A DNA stretch of 57,027 nucleotides, taken from positions 1 to 57,027 of the forward strand of contig JAUCBJ010008351.1 of assembly GCA_032718475.1 (NCBI GenBank). The letters run 5' to 3'. Numbering within the stretch: the first letter of the stretch is position 1; each line of letters starts with the position of its first letter. Origin of the DNA: Nemertoderma westbladi (lineage: Eukaryota > Animalia > Xenacoelomorpha). The translations under genes and the position numbers were made by a program. The notes under the pieces were generated by a model. That model was not told the DNA's origin. It searched no databases and was given only the letters and a program-made list of their open reading frames with translations. Positions 43,676-56,494 of this stretch are shown here, in pieces.

Positions 43676-46600
43676 TTATTTACTAATATTAGGTGGAGAT
43701 TTGTAGTCTCCAGACTCGTTATGAGTCTCTTCAAGAAGTACGAGACGTTGAGTAGGTCTGTCAACTGTACGACCGTCAATTGTCCGTACCGTCACAGTTC
43801 TTGTCACTCCATCCATAGATGGATGTGTGGCTAAAATTACACCTGTTATCCAGAAGCGTCTTTTTAGATTCACTTCTGCTAACAGCACGTGATCTCCCGG
43901 CTTTAATACGCGGGTATTATTGTACCAAGTTGTTCTGGCAGAAATAGAGGGCAAATAATGGTTTTGCCATATTTCCCAGAATTTGTTAGCCAGTAGTTGC
44001 GTGATTTTCCACGCTTTTATACCGTAGCTATCGCTTTCCATTGGAATAGAAATAGGCGTCAATATGGTCGGTGCCTGCATTAGCAGGTGTGCCGGTGTCA
44101 AAGCAAACTGAGATTGTTTGTCATCGGGTACTAATACTATTGGTCTAGTATTTAGTATTGCCTCGATTTCAACAAACAGTGTTGTCAATTGGTCGTCTGT
44201 CAATATGTGGTTTACTGGAATGACCTTTGCCATTGCCGTTTTGATAGATCTAATCAATCTCTCCCAGACTCCGCCTCTCCATGGACTATCTGGAGGATTA
44301 AACTTCCAAACAATCTTGTGAGGTTGTAGTTCGTTCGAGATTTGATCATGATCTAATTTCTTAAAGGCTCTAGCAATCTCATTTCGAGCACCAACAAAGT
44401 TTGTCCCTTGGTCTGAGTACAAGCATTTTACTAGTCCGCGTCTGGCGATAAATCGCCGCAATGCTAGTATAAACGCGTTGGTGGAAAGATCCATCACACG
44501 TTCAATATGAACTGCCCTACTGGACATACATGTGAAAATCAGTCCCCAGCGTTTTACTAGTATACGTCCACGTTTCGTATGTATGGGACCAAAGCAATCA
44601 ATTCCAGTCTCTGTAAAAGGTGGTCTGAATGCTTGAAGTCGTGCTTGTGGAAGTTCACTCATTTCTTGGGTACCTATTCTAGAATGTACCTTTTTACAAA
44701 TAATACACGTACGTGTCACTGAACTTAACGCTTTACTGGGTCTAATTAATACAAATCTTGTACGTAAGTAAGAAAGACAGTGGTGTCTTCCAGCGTGTTT
44801 CAGATGTAAATGTGCGTCCAGTATCATTGCACGTTGTAGTTCGTGATGTTGCGGTATTATTATTGGGTATCTAAAGTTTGTGTTAAAGTCAATGTTTTGA
44901 AGCCGAGATTTATGACAAATTAAGCCATTATAAATTATCGGACTCCAACTCAATATTGGTGACGACTTTATTGGTTGACCTTGATTTATAGATGTGAATT
45001 CGCGCGCGAAATATCGCAGTTGGTAATGGCGAATTAATTTAATCTCACACCTGTCAATCTCAGTCAATGTAAGCCGACGTGTGAAGTCTCGTTTGCCTTT
45101 AACGTATTGTACAAAACGTACAATCCACGCTAATTTTCGGCAAGCGTTTGTCCAAGAATCTGTTAGGTTTACAATACGGTCGACGTAAGTATTTGTGACG
45201 TCATCAGGTAAGTCAATGGAGAATTTGGAAGGTTTTGATTTACTAGAAGGGCCCACGGGTCCGCCGGTAAGTATTCCCTTGTTGACTGTTGATCCGTCTG
45301 GGTCTACAAGTAATTTGTCCTTCTTCGTCTTCTTACCTTGATTGTCACTACTTTGTAAGTCGATCGTTAATGGTGGTTTGAACTCTATGGGGTCAGTGGG
45401 TTTCGGTAAACTTATTTTTCTGCCGACATTAATCCCAGGTCTCACCATAGGTTGCAAGTTCGGTATGTCTCTTGAGCGCAAAGTAACACCTGTATTTACA
45501 TTAGCGTAGGTACTACCCACATCTGTAATACATGAGGTTTCACCGTGCTTATGGTTACTCAAGTGTGTCAAAATTGGTAGTTTGTCAATACAAGGCCGCT
45601 CCAATAGAGAAACTGCGGCTTTACTGTTTGTCAATATGTTACTAGTGTCTAGTAGAACATTTTGTGACATGTCTGGTAAAATGTTTCGCGGAACATCCGG
45701 CGAAATATCTAGTGACGTGTCTGGCAAAACGTCTGGTTGACCGTCTAGTAACGTGTCTGGCGATACGTCTGGTAACGTATCTGGTTGTTTGTCAATAGAA
45801 GGCCGCTCCAACAGAGAAACTGCGGCTTTACTGTTTGTCAGTATGTTACTAGTGTCTGGTAGAACATTTTGTGATATGTCTGGCAAAACGTCTGGTTGAC
45901 CGTCTGGTAACGTGTCTGGTTGACCGTCTGGCGATATGTCTGGTGTAGAAAGGCTCGCAAGTCTTCCTCTCTTGACCTTTGAAGTTATATCCTTCCATTT
46001 CGCCTTCGGTTTCTTCTTAAGTTTGGCCGCCGTTGTCCTTTTCTTTGCCTTCCCCTTTTTTGGTTTCTTGATTTCGGCGTCCTTAGGGATAGTGTTAGAC
46101 TTGTTGTCATATAGTGGTGGCCAATTTAGTGTTGATCTTTGTAAGAATTGAGGTCCGTGTTGCCAAAATTCTTTGTTCTCCGGTTTACAGAATTCCTCAG
46201 GCATCATTCCTCGCGACGCAATATCGGCTGGGTTTTGTGGTCCGGGACAATGTCGCCAATCTTCTTTTATTGAACGGTCTAGAATTTCTGCGCGACGGTT
46301 AGCTACGAATGTCTTGAATTCAAGTGTGTCGTTATTTATGTAAAATAAAACCAACGTCGCGTCAGTCCAATAAAATATCTGTAAACTTGACTGTAGTTCT
46401 GTCTGTATGAGGTTCACGATGGTGGTTGACAGGGTTGCGGCTTGTAGCTCAGCTCGTGGTGTCGTCATATACTTAGTAGGCATTGTTTTCGCCTTAGAAG
46501 TAATGAGCGAAACATCGAATTCTTCTGAGTCTACTTGTCTGCGCAAGTACGCTGCCACACCAAAACCGTTGTCACTAGCGTCGGAAAAACAGTGTAATTC

Positions 46601-47672
46601 CAAGTTGTCAGGAAATGTTGTTTGTAATGGAAAGTAGACTCTGGGTATGGAATAATCCTCTAGCGAAGATAATTCTGCCTCCCAGGTCTTCCATAAGTCC
46701 ACTTGGTCTGATAAGATCGGCTCGTCCCATGTCAGTCCATCCTTCCAAATACTGCGCATATAAATGCGGGCTTGCAGTATTATTGGACTGATGAATCCTA
46801 ATGGATCAAACAATCGGCTCAATTTTGACAAGCATGATCTCTTTGTCAGTGTGTTTTCTTGACTGTCCAGTCTCACCTTCACTCGAAAGTTGTCTGTGTT
46901 TGGGTCCCAAAAGAGCCCCAACACCTTGGTCGTCAGTAGTGGTTCGAACTCTAGGTCTATGTCACCACCTCCACGCTCAGTCGTTCCGAATGAGTCTACT
47001 AATTCGGCACTGTTTGAGGCGAATTTGGTGAGGTTAAAACCTCCGCCCGCTAAGCAGTCCCATAATTGATGTGCTACTGTTGTAGCACGTTCTACTGTGT
47101 CGCAACTCTGTAATCCGTCGTCGACGTAAAAGTCACGTTCCACAATCCTAATTATCTCTGGGTCATACAGGTGTTTCTGATCCCTAGCGGCTTGTTTTAG
47201 GGCATACATGGTACAGTTTGGGCTGTCCCTGGCACCGAAAACGCGAACTTGCATTTGGTAAGTCGCTGGTGGTAGACTTAAGTCTCCTTCCGGATACCAG
47301 AGGAACCTCAAACTGTCTTTGTCTTGCTCTAACGCTCTCACTTGGTGAAACATAGCTTCAAAGTCACAAGTAAAAGCTACTTGACGCTGACGGAAGCGCA
47401 TAATCACCCCCATAAGATAATTATTCATGTTTGGTCCATCCATCAACTCGCTATTGAGGGACATTCCCTCAAACAGAGCCGCACAGTCATTGACTACGCG
47501 TACTTTATCTGGTTTGTCGGGGTGTCTCACATAGTGATGTGGCAGGTAGTATGTCTGGTTAGTCACTATCTCTGGGTTAGTCATTCGGATAGCGTATCCC
47601 TTAGTCAAATACGTCTCCATCTGAGTGTTGTACTGCAGATGGGCTTTCTCGTCCTTTAATAGACGTAAACGT
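43676..47672 (-). CDS. pol: E2 Pol: reverse transcriptase, RNase H, long low-complexity insert, integrase
   Basis: YLPHHYV, DFEAMFHQV, FGARDSP, FYVDD, FDPLGF, LHCFSDAS, PRAELQAA, WTDAT, NPADIASRG, HHCC zinc finger, GIDCFGP, SDQGTNF, GGVWERLI and RPTQRLVLLE. Confidence 0.97.
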
Positions 47673-50215
47673 CACACACGCTCTAATGCATCACCACGCG
47701 GGTCTGACCTCAACACATTCCTATTGGGAAACAACCTCGCTGCCATTGACACGTTTCAGGAGTTCAGTGGCCCATGTTATACCTTCTTCCGCAATGGGGA
47801 TGGGATATCCTACATTGACCACATCATCTGCAACACTACAACTACCAATCTGATTTCAGGCATCGTACACGACCCCCGTCCTGCAGACAACACGTCTGAC
47901 CACGTTCCCATCATTGCTCAAATCGACTTTCATTTGCCGTTTGCGACTAATACCGTCCCCTCCAAACGCTGCCTCCCAACTGCAAAGGGCACTCCCTACA
48001 TTAGACTTAATTGGAAGAAGGTAACACCAGACCACCTACAAAAATACAACACAGAGGTCAAATCAAAACTGGCGAAAATCGTCTCCAAAATAGAGAACGT
48101 GACTAATTGGGATCAGGATACTTTAGATTTCATGGCCGTAAACATACAGGACATCATACGCTCTGCCGCCATGGCCCATATCCCAATTTGTAAGCCACAC
48201 CATAAATCGAAAAATCACAGGATTAGATCGCAGAAACTAGTGGATCGGGTGAAGATAACCAGGCGACTCTACAATGGGTGGCACCAACGTGGAAAGGGGG
48301 ATGACGACCCAATTGGAGCCGCATTCAAGGAATCAAAACGTATGACACGAAGGCTGCGCAACTTCCTGAACAAACAGTTTGTAAACTCAAACCTGGCCAA
48401 TAAGGCCACACTCCACCAACGCAACCCAAGCAAATTCTGGAATTATTTCAACAAAAATAAGTCGCCAGTTAAGGTACCAGAGGAAGTCCAATGCACGATA
48501 TTCAATAATTTACTTGAAGGCTCCCGGCGGAACAACTCTTCTTTTGACGATATTAACGCCAGGCTAGATCACTCCTGCCGCAACTCAACATGTCCTTCTG
48601 TTTCCCCCAGCACTGTCCAGAGAGCAGTTTCGCAACTGTCACTGGGTAAGTCACCCGATAGTAATTCTCTCGTTGTAGAACATATTTTACACTTAGATCC
48701 CGACAATAACCCAATCTGCAGTATCATTGCTAAACTACTAAACGAATCGATCCGCCTCGGACAGGCCCCTACTTAATTTGGTAGCACTGTAGTCAACTAC
48801 ATATACAAGGGTAAGAAGAAGAATACGTTGAATCCAAAGTCCTATCGACCAATCTCGATTGTAAATGTATTTGCTAAGATCATGGAAGCAGTAATACTAC
48901 AATATCTATGGAACTCTGATACATTCAGTAACCAAAATCAATTCGCGTATAAGAAAAAGTATGGTGCAGATATTATAATCTCCTTGGTGTTAGAGAACCT
49001 CGAGTACTATCGGCAACAAGGATCTCCAGTCTACCTCTGCCAACTAGACATCTCATCGGCGTTCGACAGTGTCGACTACAAGATCCTTCTTAATAAATTA
49101 CTTGATCATAATATTCTTAACCCATATTTGTGTCGTATCCTGATGAGTTATTATACCATCACCCAGCTCTACTTGAAATTCAACAACACCATACTATCCA
49201 CTCCAATCCCAGTCACTCACGGCCTAAAACAAGGGTCGCTACTCTCTCCGACCTTATTTAATATTTACGTGGCCGACATATTTAACATCCTTGAGAAGAA
49301 TGGCGCCGGATGTAGGGTCAGGGATATATGGATCGGCTGCCTTGGATATGCCGATGACTTACTACTCATGGCTTCCTCCCCAAAAGATATTGAATCAATG
49401 GTAAGGGTTGTCAACGAAGGAGCACACAACTTGCGATTAGAGATTGAGGCCACTAAGACCAGATGGATATACAGCGGTAGCCCTGCACATATTCCAACAT
49501 TCATGGACATCGGCGGGTCCTTGCTAGAACCTTCCAGTCACATAAATTTTCTGGGTTTTAAGATACCATGTAGCAAAGCTGATCCCCTTAAAGCAGCTAT
49601 GCATATCTAGCAGCGTACAGCGAGAGATTCCAGAGACAAGGATGGACTACCAGACATTTAACCTGCTCCACCATCGCCACTCTATGGAATAAAGTAGCGA
49701 TTCCGTCCGCATTGTACAATATCCAGTTCTTGGTCGGTGCTATGAAGTCCACCCAGTTAGAACAACTAGATGCCTACCATCGTAAGATCATGCGAGGACT
49801 GCTCTGCCTTGGTTCTTACACCTCAAATACTATAATCTACAATCTCATGGACTGCCCACCAATATCGGTTTCGGCTTTTCGCCTCTGTATAGGGACGCTA
49901 ATAAGACTGACGAAGTGCCCAAATCATCCACTACAAACTTCTCTGCGCCACTTACTAGACCTCAATACAAAGGGGAAATACCAAGGCCTCGGCAGCACCT
50001 ACAAGATGGCCCAGACCCACTTCCTCCTACCTCGGCTCGCGTCGATCCTTCTGTATGAATACTCCTTAAAGAGTCTGCAATCTCGTTTGTCAATTTCTAA
50101 TCCCCCACCATATGACCTTGTCAGCTCCAATTTCATAAGAAACTGCTACAGCCTTAGCACGATCACATTCGAAACCAAGCATAAAATGATACTAGACTAT
50201 TTCAACATTATATAG
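47673..50215 (+). pseudogene. LINE ORF2 (EN-RT) with stops at 48774-48776 and 49608-49610 and a frameshift before 49712
   Basis: ORFs 47625-48776 and 48828-49610 share a frame; 49712-50215 is in a different frame. Confidence 0.85.
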
Positions 50216-50821
50216 CACTCTCAGCATTGCCGCGAATAGGGGTTCATAATATGTGGCTGCATCCTCACCTGCACCTAGCTTGTCAAATTCTAATCCCTGA
50301 CAATACGACCTCGTTATTTGACGTTTTAACTACAAATTTTAAAAAGTGTCAAGCTTGAATCTGTTCATTTTATCTGATACTTACTGTTTATTTAATATTT
50401 TATCGAGTTTGTTAAGACCACCTTAAATGGATCACCTGGGACATGGCGCGTCCTTCACTTGTAGTTTGTCGCCATTATTGCTACGTGAATAATATAATTA
50501 CAAACTTATATGAGTGGCTTAGATAATTGCCCTTATATTTTACTATAAACAGAACCCACTACTAACTATTGGTGAAAATGTTTCTTGGTTCGACCATTTT
50601 AATATGAAAAAGCCTATGTATGTATATATAGTTTAACTGTGTCGTATTAGAACCTACTAATAATTATTGGTGAAATCGATCCTGTATATATATACTCTTC
50701 GTGTCACCATGTTGTTCAGTTTTTATTTGTGCCATAACTGTGAATATGGGTTTTACATAATTCAAATAATTATGATTAAAAGTGCCAGCCTGCCTGGTTT
50801 CTATGTTGAAATGAATGAATG
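47673..50821 (+). mobile_element. 5'-truncated L2/CR1-group LINE with (AATG)n tail inserted antisense into E2 gag-pol
   Basis: Endonuclease C-terminal motifs SYIDHI and SDHVPI. RT motifs YRPISI, LDISSAFDSV, QGSLLSP and YADD. Tail (AATG)5 at 50810-50829. Excision restores the E2 frame RRLHSLRLRLLKD. Confidence 0.9.
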
Positions 50822-52593
50822 AATGAATGTAGACGTCTTAAAGCTAGTGGGTAGTTATTTATAAGTTTAGGACTTTGGCTACGCCATAACATCCCCACCT
50901 CATAATGTCCGTCTTTCGTCTGGCGGATAGTATCTTCCATGATCCTCAAAGATTGTTTCTCTTGTTCCGACATACATGGTTCGTAGCTACCAGGTTCAGC
51001 TGTATCTTGTTCTAACCACCTGATAGTCTTCTCCGTTAATTCTTTGTCCAGTGCAGCTTGTTCCACTTGATGGTTTCTTAACGCGTCATCATCGATATCG
51101 ACGGGTATTGTTGAGGTTATTGGGGTAGGTAGACTCGCAAGCCTTCCGGCGTTATCATCTGTCATCGATGGAATCTCTAGCTGACTCGTCTTCTCCCCAA
51201 GTTCTGAACTCACCTGGTGAATTAGCTGCTCCTTGTGACTTATCATACTAGTTACACGTCTGTCATGTCTTGTATGTAAGGTAGTATGGTCCACGTCGTG
51301 TGAAAAGGAATGAATTGAATTTGTAGTTAATAAACTACATGTACTTTGTACATCGTCTTCCTCGTCACTTATGTCTAGTGTGCGCACAGGCGCTCGAGTA
51401 TACCACCCTATCGGCGTTCTACAGGCGTATGCGTTTCCCGCTACGACTGCCGATGGTCTGGTTTCCCACACTTGATGTAGGTTGAATTGGTCCGTCCCGA
51501 TCAGCATGGCTACCGATCTATAATTGACAGGACATTCAGGTACACCAAGGTGTCTGAAATACTTACGGTCCTCCAAGGATTGTTCTGGGACAGGACCTAG
51601 TAGGTTACTAAAGTCTTTTGTGGCCGCAAAAGTCAAATCCTTGAAGGGTAACAAAGACCTCTCCTTTTCGCTGTGTTGCGATTTTGGAAGAAGAGTGTCT
51701 AAGTTTAACTTAACTCGTGTCACTGGTATTGCACGTTGTCCGTGCATACTACTCACGGTATAGCTGACGCGCTTACCTTGTTTGAGATCCGTCACTACAT
51801 CAGCTATCTGCTCATCCACGTAGCTGTGAGATGAGGCTGAATCCAGGATAGCGTAGATTCTCTTGCTCCCTTTCGTGCCAGTAATCTTAATCGGAATTAC
51901 ACTGAATCCCTTTAGTTGGTCAGTCGTCAGAAGCACGATCGATGGTTGTTCGTCTCCATCAGAATATACGTCGTCGTCTTCTGACTCTTCGTCCGACGAT
52001 CCGGATTGTTCTGAGAAGCAATCCTTTATATGTGTCACAAAGGTTGGAGTCGTTTTCGATTCTCGATTTTTGTAGGCCACGTTACATCTCGCTGCTGCTT
52101 CCGGGTGTTCCCTGGTGAAGCGTTTTGTCGGCGTGTGGCTGTCTGTGTGGAGCAGACCGTCGTGGTTGCGTCCACAGGATGGACAAGTGTCGGTATTTGG
52201 GCAATCCTTGCGAACGTGTCCGTGTCGCGTACACCGCCAACAAGAGTCCAATGGCCGTATCTGCAGCCATCGTTCTTCCGAGTTTAACTCGCGAAACTGT
52301 CGACAACCTCTCAACTTGTGACCGATATACCGCTTGCCCAAATGCTCGCAGTATTGGCAGCCACTGAAGTCGGTACTGAGTTGCTGTCTAGTCTGCTTTG
52401 TCCCAATGGGCGCAGATACCCTACTACCGTCCGAGAATTGTCGGGTTTCCGTCGGTGTGGCGTAAGTGGCCGTCTTGGTGGATGTTGTCTGGGGTTTTTG
52501 TCGGTTTGAGGATGGCAAGGTGATTCCTTCTGCCACGATGTGCTGGTCAGTGTAGTTGGATCGAGTTTCTACCACTGCCTCCCTGGATATCAA
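50822..52593 (-). CDS. gag-pro: E2 Gag zinc knuckles + aspartic protease + start of the RT region (5'-truncated)
   Basis: CQYCEHLGKRYIGHKLRGC, CWRCTRHGHVRKDC, CPSCGRNHDGLLH, AILDSASSHSYV, LIGTD, TPIGW, DGHYEVGMLWR and NNYPLALRRL. Confidence 0.92.
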
Positions 52594-52629
52594 AAGGTAT
52601 ACATCCTCCAGTTTTAAGAATCCACCCCG

Positions 52630-53165
52630 TTATCCCCGTTATTCATATTCATTTACTATGTTTACATCATTTCCGTCATAGGTGAATTTATCCATCATTG
52701 CAAGTCTACCTCCATTTCTAAATTTGATTATTTTTGTTTTCTTCAAGTTTACTTCCATGTTGTTGGCTTTACACCAATTATGTAATGCATCTAGGGCATG
52801 TTGGATATCCAGTGGGTTTTTCGAATATATGGCAAGGTCGTCAGCGAGGAATAAGAATTTGAGAGAGGAGGCTATTTATCGGAGAACAGTGGCTAGGTCG
52901 GTCGATGATGAAAATTAAGAAGCAGGTTGGGCTGAAACAATCTCCTTGAAGGACTCCACGAAGCTGTTGTATAGCATTGGATAGTTGTAGGCCGTCATAT
53001 ATTTGGATGCTGTTTTCTAGAATGTTGTAAAAGCCTTTGCTGAATTGCCCCGTTATTTTTATTATCTTTTACATTAAAATACTCTGTAGTTGATTTAATA
53101 AGTGTAAGAGACCGTATTATTGCTGTATCGGTGTTTTTAGAGGATCTAAGACCTATTTCCTCCGT
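52630..53165 (-). pseudogene. Decayed non-LTR reverse transcriptase fragment between E2 and E3
   Basis: The minus strand reads GVLQGDCFSPTCFLIFI ... FLADDLAIYSKNPLDIQHALDALHNWCKANNMEVNLKKTKIIKF. Confidence 0.8.
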
Positions 53166-53173
53166 ATGTGTAC

Positions 53174-54284
53174 TGTGAAAGGCATATTTTATGATTCTAT
53201 GGCAATTCGTGACGCAAAGGGGTGATAGCTACTCTTGAACAGTAGTTACTATGACTACGGTTAACAGCTGACATTCATACGTGTTGATTTCCTTTGTTCT
53301 ACGGCGTCTCTCAGTTCAGTCAGCCAATGAGAGCGTTTTTGTGGCTCCTTGTACAGAAAATTTCCGAGAAATGACGCAATGCCTATGTGCAGTGTTTACA
53401 TTCAGTCCTGAGCCTAAGAAAGAACGGCTTGGAAGTATTTTGTGCTTTACTGTTTTTTAGTCGTACACTAGTAGGTTTAATTATAAAGGGCATATATCCT
53501 TTAACTGCGACTACATACCTAACGACTACCTGACTCATGGAATCACTGCTAACTGATCATACATCCTGACTGCTGAAACATTGCAAACTCATAACAATCA
53601 GTGTTCAGTTGTTGTGTTATACTGCTATTTACTGTCATTTCTTCATAATATGGTTGATGAATTATTATATTTGGAATAACGATAAATCACCCCGAAACCC
53701 AATATTCTTGATATACCGAAGGTAAGAGAGAAAGGTTACCAGATAACGATTGTGACTTATGTTAAAGTGGTTTGAAGTGAATCCAATGTTATTTGATAGA
53801 CCCTACATGAGTCAGCCTGTGTTCCTTTTATATGTGACTAAAATCAGTGAAGATTGGCAGATTAGTGTGCAGTATTGTGCAGCATTGTGTATGAGTGAGT
53901 CTGTTAAAGAAGCATTCCTAAAGAATGCGCCATATATGTGAATTATAATTAAGCCATATCGTTGTGAGTAGTTTAAGTCATAACTCTGTTTATATAGATA
54001 AAGCGCCACGTCCTAAAGGAACTGTTAATATTCCCGAAGGTAAATAATATTGTCAGAGATTATATAATACTGTCAGTCGAATAATACATTAGGCTTACAT
54101 AGCAACAAAATTAAACCGTCGAACCCAATCTCCCGGGAATCTCCAGCGGGTGAATGGTCGCGCACGGATTGGTTTCGACTAGTGTAGTGAATCAAATACT
54201 TGTCATAGACTAAAAACAGATTTAATATCTAGAAGACATCTTAATTTGGTGGGTTAAACTGCCAAAGGTCTGAAAGCGCGAACA
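53174..54284 (+). repeat. E3 5' LTR (diverged relative of the E1/E2 LTRs; left boundary approximate)
   Basis: Ends AAAGCGCGAACA, against AAAAGCGCGTACA in E1 sense. Shared blocks include GCGCCACGTCCTAAAGGAACTGTTAATA and TCTCCCGGGAAT.TCCAGCGGGTGAATGG. Confidence 0.8.
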
Positions 54285-56494
54285 TTAAAGGATATAGCTT
54301 CTTTGTTGCAGTAAGCAATAAAGTTGAAAGTACCGGTCAACCGGTACATCTGTAGGTCAGTAGGCCCAACTGCCAGAACCGGTACCAGTAGGCCTGACTA
54401 CCTAACCACCCGGACCGGTACCTACAGCAGTACAGGTACAGCAGTATTATTCGATTTTGATAATTATATACCGGTAGGTCTTAGTACTTAATCAGGGAAC
54501 GGCCGCCCTGATTTTTTATTGGGATTTTACTTATTTCTGTCAAGTTTTATTTGTTTGTAGGCCAGTATTGAACAGAAGGCGTGTAAACCTGATCAGATTG
54601 TGCAGACGATTTGTAGGCTGAGCTGTTGTCTGATTGCTGTTAAGTCCGAACGAATTGCAGTGTGTGTAGAGCACCTGTCCGATTAAGTACGATTAGGAAG
54701 TAGGGGCAGCAACGCTGTAAGGTAAACCCCCAACTAAAGAATAAGTCGCACTACTGGGTTAGAGCGCATACTCCCTAATCATTTCGGAGTCTGCATGTCC
54801 TGTATTTTATTTAGGCTTGAGAGTAGTCTGCCATCGTTTAGTCTGTACTTTGTTTGTGTAAGTCTGTACGGGTAGCGTATAATTTTACTTAGATAATTTG
54901 TAGGCTGGATAGTTGTCTGGCTGTTATTAGGTCTGAACGGATTGCCGCGTGTGTAGATCATCTGTCCGATTAAGTACGATTAGGCAGTAGGGGCAGCGAA
55001 GCTGTAAGGTAAACCCCCGACTAAAGAATAAGTCGCACTACTGGGTTAGAGCGCATACTCCCTAATCATTTCGGAGTCTGCATATACCGTAGTTTGTTTA
55101 GGCTTGATAGTAGTCTGTCAGTGTTCGGTCTGTATTTTGTTTGAGTAGTTTGTACGCGTAGCGTAATATTTATTATTCAGAGTTTATGCGATTATTCGCA
55201 ACATTCAAGTCCCTAAGTTTGTTCCTACAGTAATTGTGTTTGTTATACATACCGCTATAGTTAAATTAACCCCGGTACTACACGGGCTGCTCGGCGTAGG
55301 TAAAGACTGGTGATTTTGTGCATCGGTCACTCCAGCAGATGCCGTGGTTCTTTTAGCTGTTCAAGTATATTTAACTACTGATTATTTGTTATACAAGTAC
55401 TCGTACCTAATTTAGGGTTTAGTGTACAGTACTTTCCGAAGTAATTATTGTAGACATTATATTTGTGTTGTAAAGTGGTTGATAGGCACATTCGATTAGC
55501 TCTATTAACTTCTAGGTAGGAACACTCCGTGATACATAACGTAGAACCTATAGCGATACGGCTATAGGTCGTCAGGCGGTGGTATTTTCCTATCTAGACA
55601 ACGCAGTGTATTTACTACTACTTATTATTTCAAATACCGTAGTACTCTGTCCGCTGTAATAACCAGATTTCTAACCCTTTGTTAGGCTGGTTTGTAGACT
55701 TCTTGTAAAATTACCCTAAAAATTCGTATTTTGTGTTTTTGTAAATTTTTGCATTTATTTAGAGATTGTAATCTCACCCGAATTGTACGTAATTTGTAGT
55801 ATTAAGTAACTTAGGTAAATTAGTATTATTTGTTTTAGTGTCTCATAAGTAACACTTCATTGAAAGCGCACCGCTTTGTGTAGTGATTACTCCCCAGAAA
55901 TAATAACATTTATTTCAAACATAGACAAAACCCATTAAAACGGGTATATATATATTATAAATCAAATCTAACGATTTATAAATAGTAGGCCTACCATACA
56001 ACCATTAGGTCTCAATATCAGTTGGATTACTGCTCAAATAACGGTAGTAAAGTAAGTAAAGTAACCAAGTAACCCTAAAATACAGAAATTCAATTATTTA
56101 AAATAATTGATATACCGGTATTTACGATAGGCCTATTATCTTTATTTCTATAAATTTAGGCTGAAATTATACCGGTACTTATAATTAATTCTAGTCCAGA
56201 ATTATATATACTACAAACTGTAAACTGTATACCGGTATTCCCGATAGGCCTATTATATATTTATATATATTTGTGCTAAAATTATACCGGTATTCTGTGA
56301 TGAACCTAGTCTGTAATAATACTTATATAGTTATATATACCATAAGCATACCGGTGTTCTAATATATTATATATATATCCTACTACACTGAGTAGCAGTA
56401 TCGGTAATTAATTACTAGGCTAGCAGTTAATACTGAATTACTAGACTTGCTTAGACTGTAATATAGCAGTAGGCATTCAACTGTACACATAAGC

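Larger units (their letters stand above)
33797..52593 (-). mobile_element. E2: very large BEL/Pao LTR retrotransposon, 5'-truncated, with two accessory genes
   Basis: 3' LTR, PPT, two accessory ORFs, pol (RT-RH-IN) and gag-pro are all collinear on the minus strand. No internal LTR was seen. The 5' gag, leader and 5' LTR are missing. Confidence 0.85.

Noticed and set aside
47625-47672. Start of the LINE ORF as given in the ORF track
   Set aside because: These bases are the antisense of BEL pol; the LINE begins at 47673.
50776-50821. C-terminus FIHSFQHRNQAGWHF of the gag-pro ORF
   Set aside because: Read-through into the LINE 3' tail, not element protein.
53174-54284. E3 LTR as the missing 5' LTR of E2
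   Set aside because: It has the opposite orientation, is much more diverged, and is followed by its own leader and gag.
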